Notes: a model not told the origin generated them from the letters alone. 64,000 nucleotides of DNA from Bacteroidota bacterium (GCA_947504725.1 CANNHN010000001.1:521425-585424); one strand, 5' to 3'. Counted from the first letter of the stretch, positions 49,205-59,493 are shown. A program made the numbers and translations.

Positions 49205-49212
49205 TATATTTG
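49205..49212 (+). promoter_or_regulatory. -7 box TAtaTTTG upstream of E1 dehydrogenase gene
   Basis: TAnnTTTG match 28 nt upstream of the ATG, with TTTG at 49187-49190. Confidence 0.35.
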
Positions 49213-49239
49213 TAATTATAGATTTTACACCCAATTTTT

Positions 49240-51663
49240 ATGTCAAACGAAGAAACAATGTCTTCAGGAAAAGCGAAAGTAACTGACTACATCAAAATAG
49301 TATTAAACGATTTTCGAATTGCTAATGAAAGTCGTGAAGCCAGTTTAATGGGCAGACGAGAAGTACTTACCGGAAAAGCCAAATTTGGAATTTTTGGTGA
49401 TGGAAAAGAAATTGCTCAATTGGCCATGGCAAAAGTATTTCAAAACGGTGATTTCCGGTCTGGATATTACCGCGATCAAACATTTATGTTTGCTACCGAA
49501 AATCTTACTTTACAAGAATGGTTTGCAGGTTTATACGGACATACGGATGCAGATGCAGAACCAATGAGCGCTGGTCGTCAAATGGGCGGACACTTTGGAA
49601 CACGCAGTTTAAATGCAGATGGAACTTGGAAAGATTTAATGAAAATTAAAAACTCATCACCTGATATTTCACCTACAGGCGGACAAATGCCTCGTTTGCT
49701 TGGATTGGCAATGGCATCCAAACATTTCAAATTAAATCCAGAATTACAAAAAGAACAATTTCATCATTTATCAAACAAAGGAAATGAAATTGCTTTCGGA
49801 ACAATTGGTGATGCCAGTACGTCAGAAGGTTTGTTTTGGGAAACAATAAACGCTGCAGGTGTAATGCAAATTCCAATGCTAGTTTCTGTTTGGGATGACG
49901 GACATGGAATTTCTGTTCCTAAAAAATATCAAACAACAAAAGAAAGTATTTCTGAAATATTAAAAGGTTTCCAAAGAGAAAATGGCGGAAACGGATATGA
50001 AATTTTCAAAACGAAAGGTTGGGATTATGCTCATCTTTGCGAAACATACGAGAAAGCAAGTAAGGTTTGTAGAGAACAACACGTTCCTGTTTTAGTTCAT
50101 GTTGAAGAAGTAACACAACCGCAAGGCCACAGCACATCAGGCTCACACGAACGTTACAAATCAAAAGAACGTTTGCAATGGGAAGCTGATTTTGATGGAA
50201 TTAAAAAATTACGCGAGTGGATTTTAGCGAATAAACTTTCTAATGAAACTGAATTAGCAGAAATTGAAGAGAACGCAAAAAAGACTGTGCGTGAAGCTAA
50301 ATCTGCTGCATGGAATGCTTATTTAAATCCAATCAAAGCAGAATTAAAAGAAGTAAGTTCATTAATGGATGCAATTGCTGCTCAATCAACAAATGCTGCA
50401 TTCATCACTAAAATAAAAAACGACCTCTACTCTATTCTAGAACCAAATCGTAAAGATATTATAGTAGCAGCAAAAAGCGTTTTACGTTTAACACGTAACG
50501 AAAATCTTTCTGCTAAAAAACAGCTGAGTGATTGGATAGCAGAATCAAAATTAGCCAACTTCGATCGCTACAGCTCTTATTTACATAGTGAATCAGAGTT
50601 CAGCTCATTGAAAGTAAAATCAGTAAAAGCAGAATTTGCTGGTGAATCAAAAATGGTGGATGGAAGAGAATTGTTGAGAGAAAATTTCAATGCTATTCTT
50701 TCTAAATATCCTGAAGTAATGATTTTCGGAGAAGATGCAGGGAAAATTGGAGGAGTAAATCAAGGGCTAGAAGGTTTGCAAGAAAAATACGGAGAGATCA
50801 GAGTATTTGATACAGGAATTCGTGAAGCAACAATTATGGGTCAAGCCATTGGATTAGCAATGCGTGGTTTACGTCCTATTGCAGAAATTCAATATCTAGA
50901 TTATTTGTTATACGCATTGCAAATTATGAGCGATGATTTAGCAACGGTTCAATACCGAACAAAAGGGGCTCAAAAAGCACCGGTGATTATTCGAACACGT
51001 GGACATCGCTTGGAAGGCATTTGGCACAGTGGTTCTCCAATGGGAATGATTATCAATTCCATTCGTGGAATTCATGTTTGTGTTCCTCGCAACATGCAAC
51101 AAGCAGCAGGATTTTATAACACTTTATTAGCAGCAGATGAACCAGCATTGGTAATTGAGCCTTTGAATGGTTATCGTTTAAAAGAACAATTACCATCAAA
51201 TTTAGGTGAATACAAAATTCCTTTAGGAGTTGTAGAAACCATCAACAAAGGAGCAGATGTAACATTGGTAACGTATGGTTCTTGTTGCAGAATTGCAATG
51301 GAAGCAATTAAACAATTGTCAGAAGCAGATATTTCTGTTGAAGTAATTGATGTTCAAACATTGTTACCATTCGACTTAAATCATTCAATTGTAGAATCCG
51401 TTAAGAAAACAAATCGCTTAGTAGTTTTAGATGAAGACGTTCCAGGTGGTGCAAGTGCATACATCTTACAAAAAGTTTTGGAAGAGCAAGGTGCTTATCA
51501 ATATTTAGATTCAGAGCCACGTACTTTGGCTGCTAAAGATCATCGTCCGGCTTATGGTTCAGATGGAGATTACTTCTCCAAACCAAGTGCGGATGATGTA
51601 TTTGATACTGTTTATGAATTGATGCACGAAACCAATCCGAATAAATTTCCTAGAATATACTAA
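49240..51663 (+). CDS. fused alpha/beta E1 component of a 2-oxoacid dehydrogenase (TPP-dependent, transketolase-like)
   Basis: N-terminal half is E1-alpha-like. C-terminal half carries the E1-beta pyrimidine-binding motif VMIFGEDAGKIGGVNQGLEGLQEKYGEIRVFDTGIREATIMGQAIGLAMRGLRPIAEIQYLDY. One 807-aa frame. Confidence 0.7.
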   Translation: MSNEETMSSGKAKVTDYIKIVLNDFRIANESREASLMGRREVLTGKAKFGIFGDGKEIAQLAMAKVFQNGDFRSGYYRDQTFMFATENLTLQEWFAGLYGHTDADAEPMSAGRQMGGHFGTRSLNADGTWKDLMKIKNSSPDISPTGGQMPRLLGLAMASKHFKLNPELQKEQFHHLSNKGNEIAFGTIGDASTSEGLFWETINAAGVMQIPMLVSVWDDGHGISVPKKYQTTKESISEILKGFQRENGGNGYEIFKTKGWDYAHLCETYEKASKVCREQHVPVLVHVEEVTQPQGHSTSGSHERYKSKERLQWEADFDGIKKLREWILANKLSNETELAEIEENAKKTVREAKSAAWNAYLNPIKAELKEVSSLMDAIAAQSTNAAFITKIKNDLYSILEPNRKDIIVAAKSVLRLTRNENLSAKKQLSDWIAESKLANFDRYSSYLHSESEFSSLKVKSVKAEFAGESKMVDGRELLRENFNAILSKYPEVMIFGEDAGKIGGVNQGLEGLQEKYGEIRVFDTGIREATIMGQAIGLAMRGLRPIAEIQYLDYLLYALQIMSDDLATVQYRTKGAQKAPVIIRTRGHRLEGIWHSGSPMGMIINSIRGIHVCVPRNMQQAAGFYNTLLAADEPALVIEPLNGYRLKEQLPSNLGEYKIPLGVVETINKGADVTLVTYGSCCRIAMEAIKQLSEADISVEVIDVQTLLPFDLNHSIVESVKKTNRLVVLDEDVPGGASAYILQKVLEEQGAYQYLDSEPRTLAAKDHRPAYGSDGDYFSKPSADDVFDTVYELMHETNPNKFPRIY

Positions 51664-51671
51664 ATACCGAA

Positions 51672-51700
51672 GGGCCCCGAGAACTCGGGGCCTTTATTTT
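51672..51700 (+). terminator. strong intrinsic terminator
   Basis: ggccccga gaac tcggggcc GC-rich 8-9-bp stem followed by tttatttttt. 9 nt after the E1 stop. Confidence 0.85.
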
Positions 51701-51705
51701 TTAAC

Positions 51706-52515
51706 ATGAAAAAAACAACCGAAGCAGATTCAAAATACAATTCACTCGAAAAAATGAGTGTGCGTGAATTACTTTCCAATATCAACAAAGAAGACAAAAC
51801 CGTTCCGCTTGCTATTCAAAAAGAAATTCCCAAAATTGAAAAGTTGGTGAATGTAATTGTTAAACAAATGAAAAGTGGCGGACGATTGTTTTACATGGGA
51901 GCAGGAACAAGTGGCAGATTGGGTATTGTAGATGCAAGTGAATGCCCCCCAACATTCGGAGTTTCTCAAGGAATGGTGATTGGAATAATTGCTGGTGGCG
52001 ACAAAGCCATCCGTAAAGCGGTTGAATTTGCAGAAGATGATACCGAGCAAGGCTGGAAAGATTTACAAATACATAAGATTACTAAAAAAGATGTAGTAAT
52101 CGGAATTGCTGCTTCAGGCTCGACTCCTTATGTTATAGGAGCTTTGGAAACTTGCAATAAAAACAATATCACTACAGCTTGTATCGTTTGTAACAAAGGA
52201 AGCAATGTAGCAAAAGTGGCAAAACATAAAATCGAAATTGTTGTAGGCCCAGAGTTCGTAACTGGAAGCACTCGCATGAAATCAGGAACTGCTCAAAAAC
52301 TAGCTTTGAATATGATTTCTACTTCTGTGATGATAAAACTCGGAAAAGTAAAAGGAAACAAAATGGTAGACATGCAACTGAGTAATAATAAGCTAGTCGA
52401 CAGAGGAACAAATATGGTTGCTAAAGAATTAAATGTTTCTTATAAAAAAGCCAATGAGTTATTGTTGAAGTATGGTAGTGTTAGGAAAGCTGTTGAAAGT
52501 GTGAAAAATGAATGA
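51706..52515 (+). CDS. murQ: N-acetylmuramic acid 6-phosphate etherase
   Basis: SIS domain with GRLFYMGAGTSGRLGIVDASECPPTFGV matching the MurQ signature. Confidence 0.85.
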   Translation: MKKTTEADSKYNSLEKMSVRELLSNINKEDKTVPLAIQKEIPKIEKLVNVIVKQMKSGGRLFYMGAGTSGRLGIVDASECPPTFGVSQGMVIGIIAGGDKAIRKAVEFAEDDTEQGWKDLQIHKITKKDVVIGIAASGSTPYVIGALETCNKNNITTACIVCNKGSNVAKVAKHKIEIVVGPEFVTGSTRMKSGTAQKLALNMISTSVMIKLGKVKGNKMVDMQLSNNKLVDRGTNMVAKELNVSYKKANELLLKYGSVRKAVESVKNE

Positions 52516-52595
52516 TGGAAGATGGAAAATGAAAAAAACTCAGTTCCATCAATCAAAACCACTTTACATCTTCAATTATACATTACACATAACTT

Positions 52596-53162
52596 ATGCA
52601 GGACTTAGAACCATTTTATAACTGGCGACACATCTACATCGCATCGGAAGATGAGCGTTCTCCTTTTTATGAAAGGGAATACAGTGAATTTGAATACACG
52701 AATGCGATTTATAATTATTTGATTCATCCTCAGTGGGACGATATTGAATCTCCAACTCTTTACATCAAAATACTTTGTGTGGATTACGATACAAAATTTG
52801 CAATCATAGAAATGATTGGCGAATGGAACGATGCCATCAACAATGATATTATGCTTTTAAAAAGAGATATTATTGAACCGATTATGCTTCATGGTATTAA
52901 TAAATTTATTTTGGTTGGAGAAAATGTTTTGAATTTTCATTCTTCCGATGATTGTTATTACGAAGAATGGTTTGAAGAAGTAGAAGATGGTTGGATTGCT
53001 TTTCTGAACTTTAGAAAACATGTGATGGAAGAATTTCAAAGAGCAAATATTGATTATTATATTGTTTCTGGTGGACAGCTAAACGAGCTTGGCTGGCGCA
53101 CTTCCACTCCACTTCAATTGTTTGAAAAAGTAGAACATTTTGTACAAAAACGAATAGGATAA
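52596..53162 (+). CDS. hypothetical cytoplasmic acidic protein
   Basis: 188 aa with no signal peptide. Its stop overlaps the next start (TAATG). Confidence 0.4.
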   Translation: MQDLEPFYNWRHIYIASEDERSPFYEREYSEFEYTNAIYNYLIHPQWDDIESPTLYIKILCVDYDTKFAIIEMIGEWNDAINNDIMLLKRDIIEPIMLHGINKFILVGENVLNFHSSDDCYYEEWFEEVEDGWIAFLNFRKHVMEEFQRANIDYYIVSGGQLNELGWRTSTPLQLFEKVEHFVQKRIG

Positions 53163-55201
53163 TGAAACGATTTTTTTATATAATAGTTATAGTTCAACAA
53201 TCATATAATCTGTATTCACAGGAAACTATTTTAAAAGTTGATACATTAGAATTTCAAAAAGGCTACCCAACGGTTCACACAACAGCTATTCAACAATTAC
53301 AATCGTTTCCTTCACCAAGATACGCTCCTAACAATTCATTTATTCGACTATTCAACTGGATGAATTCCAAATTTATGGCTGGTGGAGGACAACCTAATGT
53401 TAATGATGCATATTCCATTCCAGAAGCAGTAAAAATTCAGGAGGAATTAATACTTCATTGGAATTATTTTTTAACCATTCAAAATTCAGGAATGGCTTCA
53501 AATAAAGAAGCAATTAACAACTCCAAATTACCCTTAAAACTGTATATTGATTTAGCGAATAAAAATCCGAAAGTTCCATTAGCAATTACAACTTTTTGGA
53601 TGCAACTTTCACCAAAAAAAATGGGCTTGCCTGATGAAAAACCTGCTATTCTTAAAAAGAATTATCCAAATTCGTATTATATAAAAGATGCTACTGGCAC
53701 TGTAACAAAGAAGATGTTAAACTTTGCTGCACCAGATTCTATCTTTATAAATGATGGGAATCTTCAAAAGATTTGCTTACAAAACATTTTATCACACCTT
53801 ACTCGCCCAGTTAATATGATAAATGAAAATGGTGAAGAACCTCCTGGTGCAAACAATATTAGCATCCTAGCAGGAGATAAAGATATGGTGGCTGATAAAA
53901 ATAAAACAGGGATTTCAGATTGGAAAATTTATGCAGCTCAAAAGAAAAAGCATGCACGAAATATGTATTCCTCTCAATTTTTAAAATTACCAGAACTCAA
54001 GAACACTTGGTTTACAATTTATGCTGTAGAAGGCGGACCGATAGATCGATTTGATTGGGAAACTAGTAAAAGTAGTTGCAGTAAAATAAAAGGGAACTAT
54101 TATTCTACACCTGATTTTTATCCACGCACACCAGACAATTGGAAAAAGTGGAAAGGAGCATGGCATGGATGGAAATGGATAAATGATGGAAGGAAAGTAG
54201 AAATAAAAAGTGGAGACAAATTCTTCTCACCTTTTGTATCAGCTGGGTGGTCGCTAAATCCAGAAAGAGATATGCGTCCAGCACAATGGCTTGGTTTATT
54301 GAAATGTTTAGGCGTAGTTGGGGCCGAATTTTATTACGTTGGGTATTTTAATTTAAAAGCACCTTATTCAAAACCGAAGGACTATGTATGGCAAGCAGCA
54401 ATGCCTGCCTATTCACAAGCTATTACTACACACTTTTCGGATATTTTTTTCAACGGGAATGTTTTATTTGACAACAAAAAAGAACCAATCGTAACTTACC
54501 CTGTAAACGAATCTGATGTTGTTGCTGCTGTTCGTAAACATGATTCAAAAGAAAAATATGTAATTGCAGTAACCGTTCAGCCATCTTCCAATACAGAAAA
54601 ATTCCCTTTAGAGAAAAATATTGAATTATCCGTTGCAAATGAAAACATAAAGCTAAAAGCAAGACGACAAGGAAGTGTTTATGTATATGACAAAAGTGTA
54701 GAACCGGCATTATTTTACCAACTCGACCGCTGGCATCAATACGAACACCCAGAGCGCTGGAGAAAACAATGGATAAACGAAGCAGAAGTATTTGACACAG
54801 CATCAAACGAATCAAACAAACTTATTCATTCGATATATCTAAAATATGGAAACACAATTGATTGTTCATTAGCAGAATCTTATATTCAATTAGACTCAAA
54901 GGAGTGGACAGAATATAGTTTTTCAAAAAGAGATGCTGAACATTTAGGGAAAAATTTAGTGATTATGATTTATGCAAAATGCAGTAATCAAATTAGAATA
55001 AACACAAATATCCTAGGAAGCGACTATTTAATTGCATCAAAAGCAACCGATAAATGGGAGTGGATTAAACTCCCATTTGAACTTAAATCAAGCGGAGGTG
55101 AAAATGACAAAATCCGCCTAAACTCTTTAACAGACGGGGTTTTAATTGACAAAATCATCATTTCAAACTCAAACGAATTACCAGATTTAAAAGATTATTA
55201 A
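53162..55201 (+). CDS. hypothetical secreted protein (679 aa, Trp/Lys-rich)
   Basis: N-terminal hydrophobic signal-like segment. No recognisable catalytic motif. Confidence 0.4.
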   Translation: MKRFFYIIVIVQQSYNLYSQETILKVDTLEFQKGYPTVHTTAIQQLQSFPSPRYAPNNSFIRLFNWMNSKFMAGGGQPNVNDAYSIPEAVKIQEELILHWNYFLTIQNSGMASNKEAINNSKLPLKLYIDLANKNPKVPLAITTFWMQLSPKKMGLPDEKPAILKKNYPNSYYIKDATGTVTKKMLNFAAPDSIFINDGNLQKICLQNILSHLTRPVNMINENGEEPPGANNISILAGDKDMVADKNKTGISDWKIYAAQKKKHARNMYSSQFLKLPELKNTWFTIYAVEGGPIDRFDWETSKSSCSKIKGNYYSTPDFYPRTPDNWKKWKGAWHGWKWINDGRKVEIKSGDKFFSPFVSAGWSLNPERDMRPAQWLGLLKCLGVVGAEFYYVGYFNLKAPYSKPKDYVWQAAMPAYSQAITTHFSDIFFNGNVLFDNKKEPIVTYPVNESDVVAAVRKHDSKEKYVIAVTVQPSSNTEKFPLEKNIELSVANENIKLKARRQGSVYVYDKSVEPALFYQLDRWHQYEHPERWRKQWINEAEVFDTASNESNKLIHSIYLKYGNTIDCSLAESYIQLDSKEWTEYSFSKRDAEHLGKNLVIMIYAKCSNQIRINTNILGSDYLIASKATDKWEWIKLPFELKSSGGENDKIRLNSLTDGVLIDKIIISNSNELPDLKDY

Positions 55202-55216
55202 ACAAGCGTTTTTCCT

Positions 55217-55224
55217 TATATTTG
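55217..55224 (+). promoter_or_regulatory. -7 box TAtaTTTG upstream of P5C dehydrogenase gene, followed by tttcaat direct repeats
   Basis: TAnnTTTG 43 nt upstream of the ATG at 55267. aatttttcaatc is repeated at 55231-55262. Confidence 0.3.
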
Positions 55225-55266
55225 CAACACAATTTTTCAATCTTTAATTTTTCAATTTTCAATCTT

Positions 55267-56907
55267 ATGCCAAAAGGAAATTATACTGTTCCCGGTCCGG
55301 TGAACGAACCTATCAAAAGTTATGCTTCTGGAAGTCCTGAAAGAAAAGAACTTCAAGCAATGTTAAAAGAATTACGTTCGAAAGAATTAGATATTCCAAT
55401 GTACATTGGTGGAAAAGAAGTACGCGGTACTGATAAAGTACGCCTTGCTCCGCCTCACGACCACAAACATACGTTAGGACATTTTCACAAAAGTACAAAA
55501 GAACATGTGACACAAGCAATCAATGCAGCTTTGGCTGCTAAACCTCAATGGGAAGCCTTGGCATGGGAACACCGTGCAAGTATATTCTTAAAAGCTGCTG
55601 AGTTAATTGCTGGTCCTTACCGTGCAAAATTAAACGCTGCAACAATGCTTGGACAATCAAAAAATGCTTTTCAGGCAGAGATTGATTCTGCTTGTGAAAT
55701 TATTGATTTCCTTCGATTCAATGTTTTATACATGACCGAAATTTACAAACAACAACCACCTGTTGCAGGAACTGGATTTGGAGTTTGGAACAGAGTTGAG
55801 CAACGACCGTTAGAAGGCTTTTTATATGCACTAACTCCATTTAACTTTACTGCTATTGCTGGAAACTTACCTTCTTCTTGCGCAATGATGGGTAACGTAG
55901 TTGTTTGGAAACCATCCAACACTCAAGTTTACGCTGCAAATGTGTTGATGGAAATTTTCATCAAAGCTGGTGTTCCGGATGGTGTTATCAATTTAATTTA
56001 TCCTAGCGGTCCAGATGCGGCTGATGTTATTTTCTCTCATCCTGATTTTGCTGGAATTCACTTTACTGGTTCTACTGAAGTTTTTCAAAATATTTGGAAA
56101 ACAATTGGAAACAATATTCATAAATACAAAACATATCCACGCATTGTTGGAGAAACTGGTGGAAAAGATTTTATTCTTGCACATAAATCTGCTGATGCAA
56201 AAGTATTAGCAACTTCTATTAGTCGCGGTGCATTTGAATATCAAGGACAAAAATGTTCGGCTTGCTCAAGAGCTTACGTTCCTTCAAACCTTTGGGACGA
56301 AGTAAAAGGATATATTCAAGCAGATTTGAAATCTTTTAAAATGGGTCCAACAGAAGATTTTACAAATTTTATCAATGCAGTGATTGATGAAAAATCATTC
56401 GATAAATTAGCTAAATACATTGATGCAGCGAAAGCAGATAAAAATGTAGAAATTATTGCCGGTGGAAATTATGATAAATCAAAAGGTTGGTTTATTGAGC
56501 CAACAATCATTGTAGCAAAAGATCCAAAATATGTAACAATGTGTGAAGAGTTATTCGGACCAGTATTGACGTTACATGTTTACGATGCAGAAAAGTTTGA
56601 TGACATCTTAAATACAGTTGATACAACTTCTATTTATGCATTAACAGGAGCGATTGTTGCACAAGATAGATATGCAATTGAGCATGCAGCAAAAGCGTTA
56701 AGAAATGCTGCAGGCAATTTCTATATCAACGATAAATGTACAGGCGCTGTAGTTGGACAACAACCATTTGGCGGAGCGAGAGGTTCCGGAACAAATGATA
56801 AAGCCGGAGCGATGGTGAATTTATTGCGTTGGGTTTCTCCACGAACGATCAAAGAAACATTCGTGCCGCCTACTGATTATAGATATCCGTTTTTGCAGGC
56901 TGATTAA
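55267..56907 (+). CDS. L-glutamate gamma-semialdehyde (1-pyrroline-5-carboxylate) dehydrogenase, aldehyde dehydrogenase family
   Basis: ALDH motifs ETGGKDF and FEYQGQKCSACSR (catalytic Cys). Size about 545 aa, typical of bacterial P5CDH. The start is taken at MPKGNY. Confidence 0.75.
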   Translation: MPKGNYTVPGPVNEPIKSYASGSPERKELQAMLKELRSKELDIPMYIGGKEVRGTDKVRLAPPHDHKHTLGHFHKSTKEHVTQAINAALAAKPQWEALAWEHRASIFLKAAELIAGPYRAKLNAATMLGQSKNAFQAEIDSACEIIDFLRFNVLYMTEIYKQQPPVAGTGFGVWNRVEQRPLEGFLYALTPFNFTAIAGNLPSSCAMMGNVVVWKPSNTQVYAANVLMEIFIKAGVPDGVINLIYPSGPDAADVIFSHPDFAGIHFTGSTEVFQNIWKTIGNNIHKYKTYPRIVGETGGKDFILAHKSADAKVLATSISRGAFEYQGQKCSACSRAYVPSNLWDEVKGYIQADLKSFKMGPTEDFTNFINAVIDEKSFDKLAKYIDAAKADKNVEIIAGGNYDKSKGWFIEPTIIVAKDPKYVTMCEELFGPVLTLHVYDAEKFDDILNTVDTTSIYALTGAIVAQDRYAIEHAAKALRNAAGNFYINDKCTGAVVGQQPFGGARGSGTNDKAGAMVNLLRWVSPRTIKETFVPPTDYRYPFLQAD

Positions 56908-56952
56908 TATTCACTACAGATTACTCAGAATTAAACAGATTAAATTTTATTA

Positions 56953-56984
56953 AAAACGTCTCATTAAAAGTGAGGCGTTTTTTG
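56953..56984 (+). terminator. intrinsic terminator
   Basis: cgtctca (56957-56963), loop ttaaaag, tgaggcg (56971-56977, one G-U pair), with flanking A/T extension, then tttttt. Confidence 0.6.
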
Positions 56985-57063
56985 TTTATAGTCACTAATA
57001 TTCATTATATTAGATGAGTCCAAATTAGGTTTACAATTTGGATAATTATTAAAAACAAAAATT

Positions 57064-57465
57064 ATGCGAAAACTCAGTCTATTATTAATTGCTTGCATTA
57101 GTTTTATCTTTTCGGATATAGCTTTTGGGCAATCAGCTTCCATTACTAAAATTATTAAAAACGGAGAACGGGTTGAACTAACTGTTTCCAATTCGAAAGA
57201 GTTTTATGTAGGTGGAGATATTTACATTTTGCATGTTGGCAAAAAAGATTTTTCATTGAACAAACAAAACAACAGAGATGGAAAAGGTGCAATCACGTTT
57301 TATATTCCTGTAGCTGAATTCAATGCTTTAACAGAAGGTGATTACGTTTGGATGAGTTACGGAAACAAATTTAAAAAAGCTCCAGATCCAACCATTGATC
57401 CTACGACATTCTGTAAAAAGAATAAAAAATGTTGGGCGTTAGGAAAATTTAGCAAAAGTCTTTAA
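57064..57465 (+). CDS. hypothetical small secreted protein
   Basis: Signal peptide MRKLSLLLIACISFIFSDIAFGQ. Its stop overlaps the next start (TAATG). Confidence 0.45.
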   Translation: MRKLSLLLIACISFIFSDIAFGQSASITKIIKNGERVELTVSNSKEFYVGGDIYILHVGKKDFSLNKQNNRDGKGAITFYIPVAEFNALTEGDYVWMSYGNKFKKAPDPTIDPTTFCKKNKKCWALGKFSKSL

Positions 57466-59492
57466 TGAATTTTATTTCTACTAAAATGATAAAAAAATAT
57501 ACCTACACCCTTTTAATAGCACTAGCAATTAATTGTATTTCATATAAAAGTACAGCTCAAACAACTCCCGATCCAGGTTTACCAGGAACGTTTGCTGTGA
57601 GTTACACTTCTTATGATTTAGGAGATTTAGCCTTTACTGATCCTTCTTTTCCAAATCCAATGGAAGTTCGTGGTTCGGTACATTATCCAACTTTATTAAG
57701 TTCTGGTCCGTTTCCAGTTTTGGTATTTTTACACGGTCGTCACTCTACTTGTTATCAAACAAGTAATCCATCCAATACAGCATTGGATTGGCCATGTGTT
57801 GCAGGAGACCAATCCATCACTAGTTTTCAAGGATATGATTATCTAGGGCAACAAATGGCGAGTCATGGTTATATTGTTATTTCTATTTCAGCAAATGCAA
57901 TCAATGCAGATGATAATAGTTTAGCGGACAGAGGAATGCCAGCGCGTGCTGCATTAACACAACATCATTTAGATTTATGGAATACTTGGAATACAACAGG
58001 TGGCGCACCATTCGGGACCACATTTGTTGGAAAACTAGATTTGCAGAATGTTGGAACAATGGGACATTCGCGAGGTGGCGAAGGAGTTGTTGCACATGCT
58101 TTATTGAATCGTTCATTAGGAGACCCTTATGGAATTAGAGCCGTTTTACCTTTGGCGCCTGTAGATTTCGGTCGAAGAATATTAAACGACATGCCTTTAT
58201 TAAACATTGCTCCATATTGTGATGGAGATGTATCCGATTTACAAGGAGTACATTTTTACGATGACATTCGTTACAATGATTTGACAGATGAAGCGCCAAA
58301 ACATTCTTTATTGGTAATGGGTGCTAATCATAATTTCTACAACACAGTATGGACGCCTGGTTCTTATATAGCAGGAACATCAGATGACTGGGATGATAGC
58401 TATGGATCAAGTGATATTCATTGTGGAACTTCTGGATCTGAAAGCATGCGATTAACTCCAGCGCAACAACAAGCAATGATGGTTACTTATGCAAGTGCAT
58501 TTTTCAGAACATACATTGGAAATGAAACAACATTTGCTCCCATTTTAAATGCAGATGATATTGTACCACCAGTTTCATCTACACTTGATACAGGAGATGT
58601 TTTCATGTCCTACCATGCACCAATTTCTGAACGTTTAGATATTAATCGTGAATTGACAGAAGGAGCTGAAGTCACAAATAATTTATCTGGAGCAGTTACT
58701 GGATTTAGTCTTTCGAAATTTGATATTTGTTCAGACGATGCTACTGAATTCAATTGCAATGTAAGCTCATCTAACGATAAAGAGCCCCATAGCGGGACAA
58801 GCTCAGCATTGGGAATGCCACAGTTGGGTATGCGCTGGAATGCTCCAGGAGATTATTATCAAAACATTATTCCTTTAGCAAACCAGAATTTTACAATTTA
58901 TCAAAATCTTCAATTCAGAGCAAGCGTGGATTATTCGGAAGCCACATCTGGGCAATACCAGTATTACACTGTTCAATTGGTTGATGCAAGTGGAGCCATT
59001 AGTAGCAAACAAGTTCAAGATTATACCCAAGCGATGTTTTTCCCTCCGGGCACAGAATTTTTTGTCTTACCGAAAGTATGTTACAATAGCATAAAAATTC
59101 CTTTGACAGATTTTATAGGCGTTAATTTAACGCAAATACAAAAAGTTATTTTCCTGTACAATCAAACCACAGCTGGTTCTATTTTTATTACGGATTTAAC
59201 ATTGAGTGGACTTACTCCACTCACTACATCTGTTTCTTACAACAACCCCGCGTCTGTTGTAGCGATTTATCCTAATCCAACGGATAATAATGTAACTATA
59301 AATTTAGGGCGTGAATTCAAAGAAATTACAGCATTGAATTTATTTGATGTACAAGGAAAATTAATTCAACACATCGAAAACATTTCTCAAGAAATGATTA
59401 ACCTTGATATGAGTTCATTTGAAAAAGGAATTTATATTTTGAATGTTGTTAGCACTAAAGATGCTAAGAATTATAAAATTGTGAAGCAGTAG
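57465..59492 (+). CDS. alpha/beta-hydrolase (lipase/esterase-like) with C-terminal T9SS sorting domain
   Basis: Nucleophile elbow GHSRGG (G-x-S-x-G) preceded by VLVFLHG. C-terminal about 80 aa have the T9SS CTD pattern (...GIYILNVVSTKDAKNYKIVKQ). Signal peptide from the second Met. Confidence 0.6.
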   Translation: MNFISTKMIKKYTYTLLIALAINCISYKSTAQTTPDPGLPGTFAVSYTSYDLGDLAFTDPSFPNPMEVRGSVHYPTLLSSGPFPVLVFLHGRHSTCYQTSNPSNTALDWPCVAGDQSITSFQGYDYLGQQMASHGYIVISISANAINADDNSLADRGMPARAALTQHHLDLWNTWNTTGGAPFGTTFVGKLDLQNVGTMGHSRGGEGVVAHALLNRSLGDPYGIRAVLPLAPVDFGRRILNDMPLLNIAPYCDGDVSDLQGVHFYDDIRYNDLTDEAPKHSLLVMGANHNFYNTVWTPGSYIAGTSDDWDDSYGSSDIHCGTSGSESMRLTPAQQQAMMVTYASAFFRTYIGNETTFAPILNADDIVPPVSSTLDTGDVFMSYHAPISERLDINRELTEGAEVTNNLSGAVTGFSLSKFDICSDDATEFNCNVSSSNDKEPHSGTSSALGMPQLGMRWNAPGDYYQNIIPLANQNFTIYQNLQFRASVDYSEATSGQYQYYTVQLVDASGAISSKQVQDYTQAMFFPPGTEFFVLPKVCYNSIKIPLTDFIGVNLTQIQKVIFLYNQTTAGSIFITDLTLSGLTPLTTSVSYNNPASVVAIYPNPTDNNVTINLGREFKEITALNLFDVQGKLIQHIENISQEMINLDMSSFEKGIYILNVVSTKDAKNYKIVKQ

Positions 59493-59493
59493 T

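Noticed and set aside
49385-49567. 60-aa plus-strand ORF in an alternate frame inside the E1 gene
   Set aside because: It is embedded in a motif-supported CDS. Spurious.
56964-57191. 75-aa minus-strand ORF overlapping the terminator and the start of the small secreted protein gene
   Set aside because: It overlaps a clear terminator hairpin and a signal-peptide gene on the other strand, with no support of its own.
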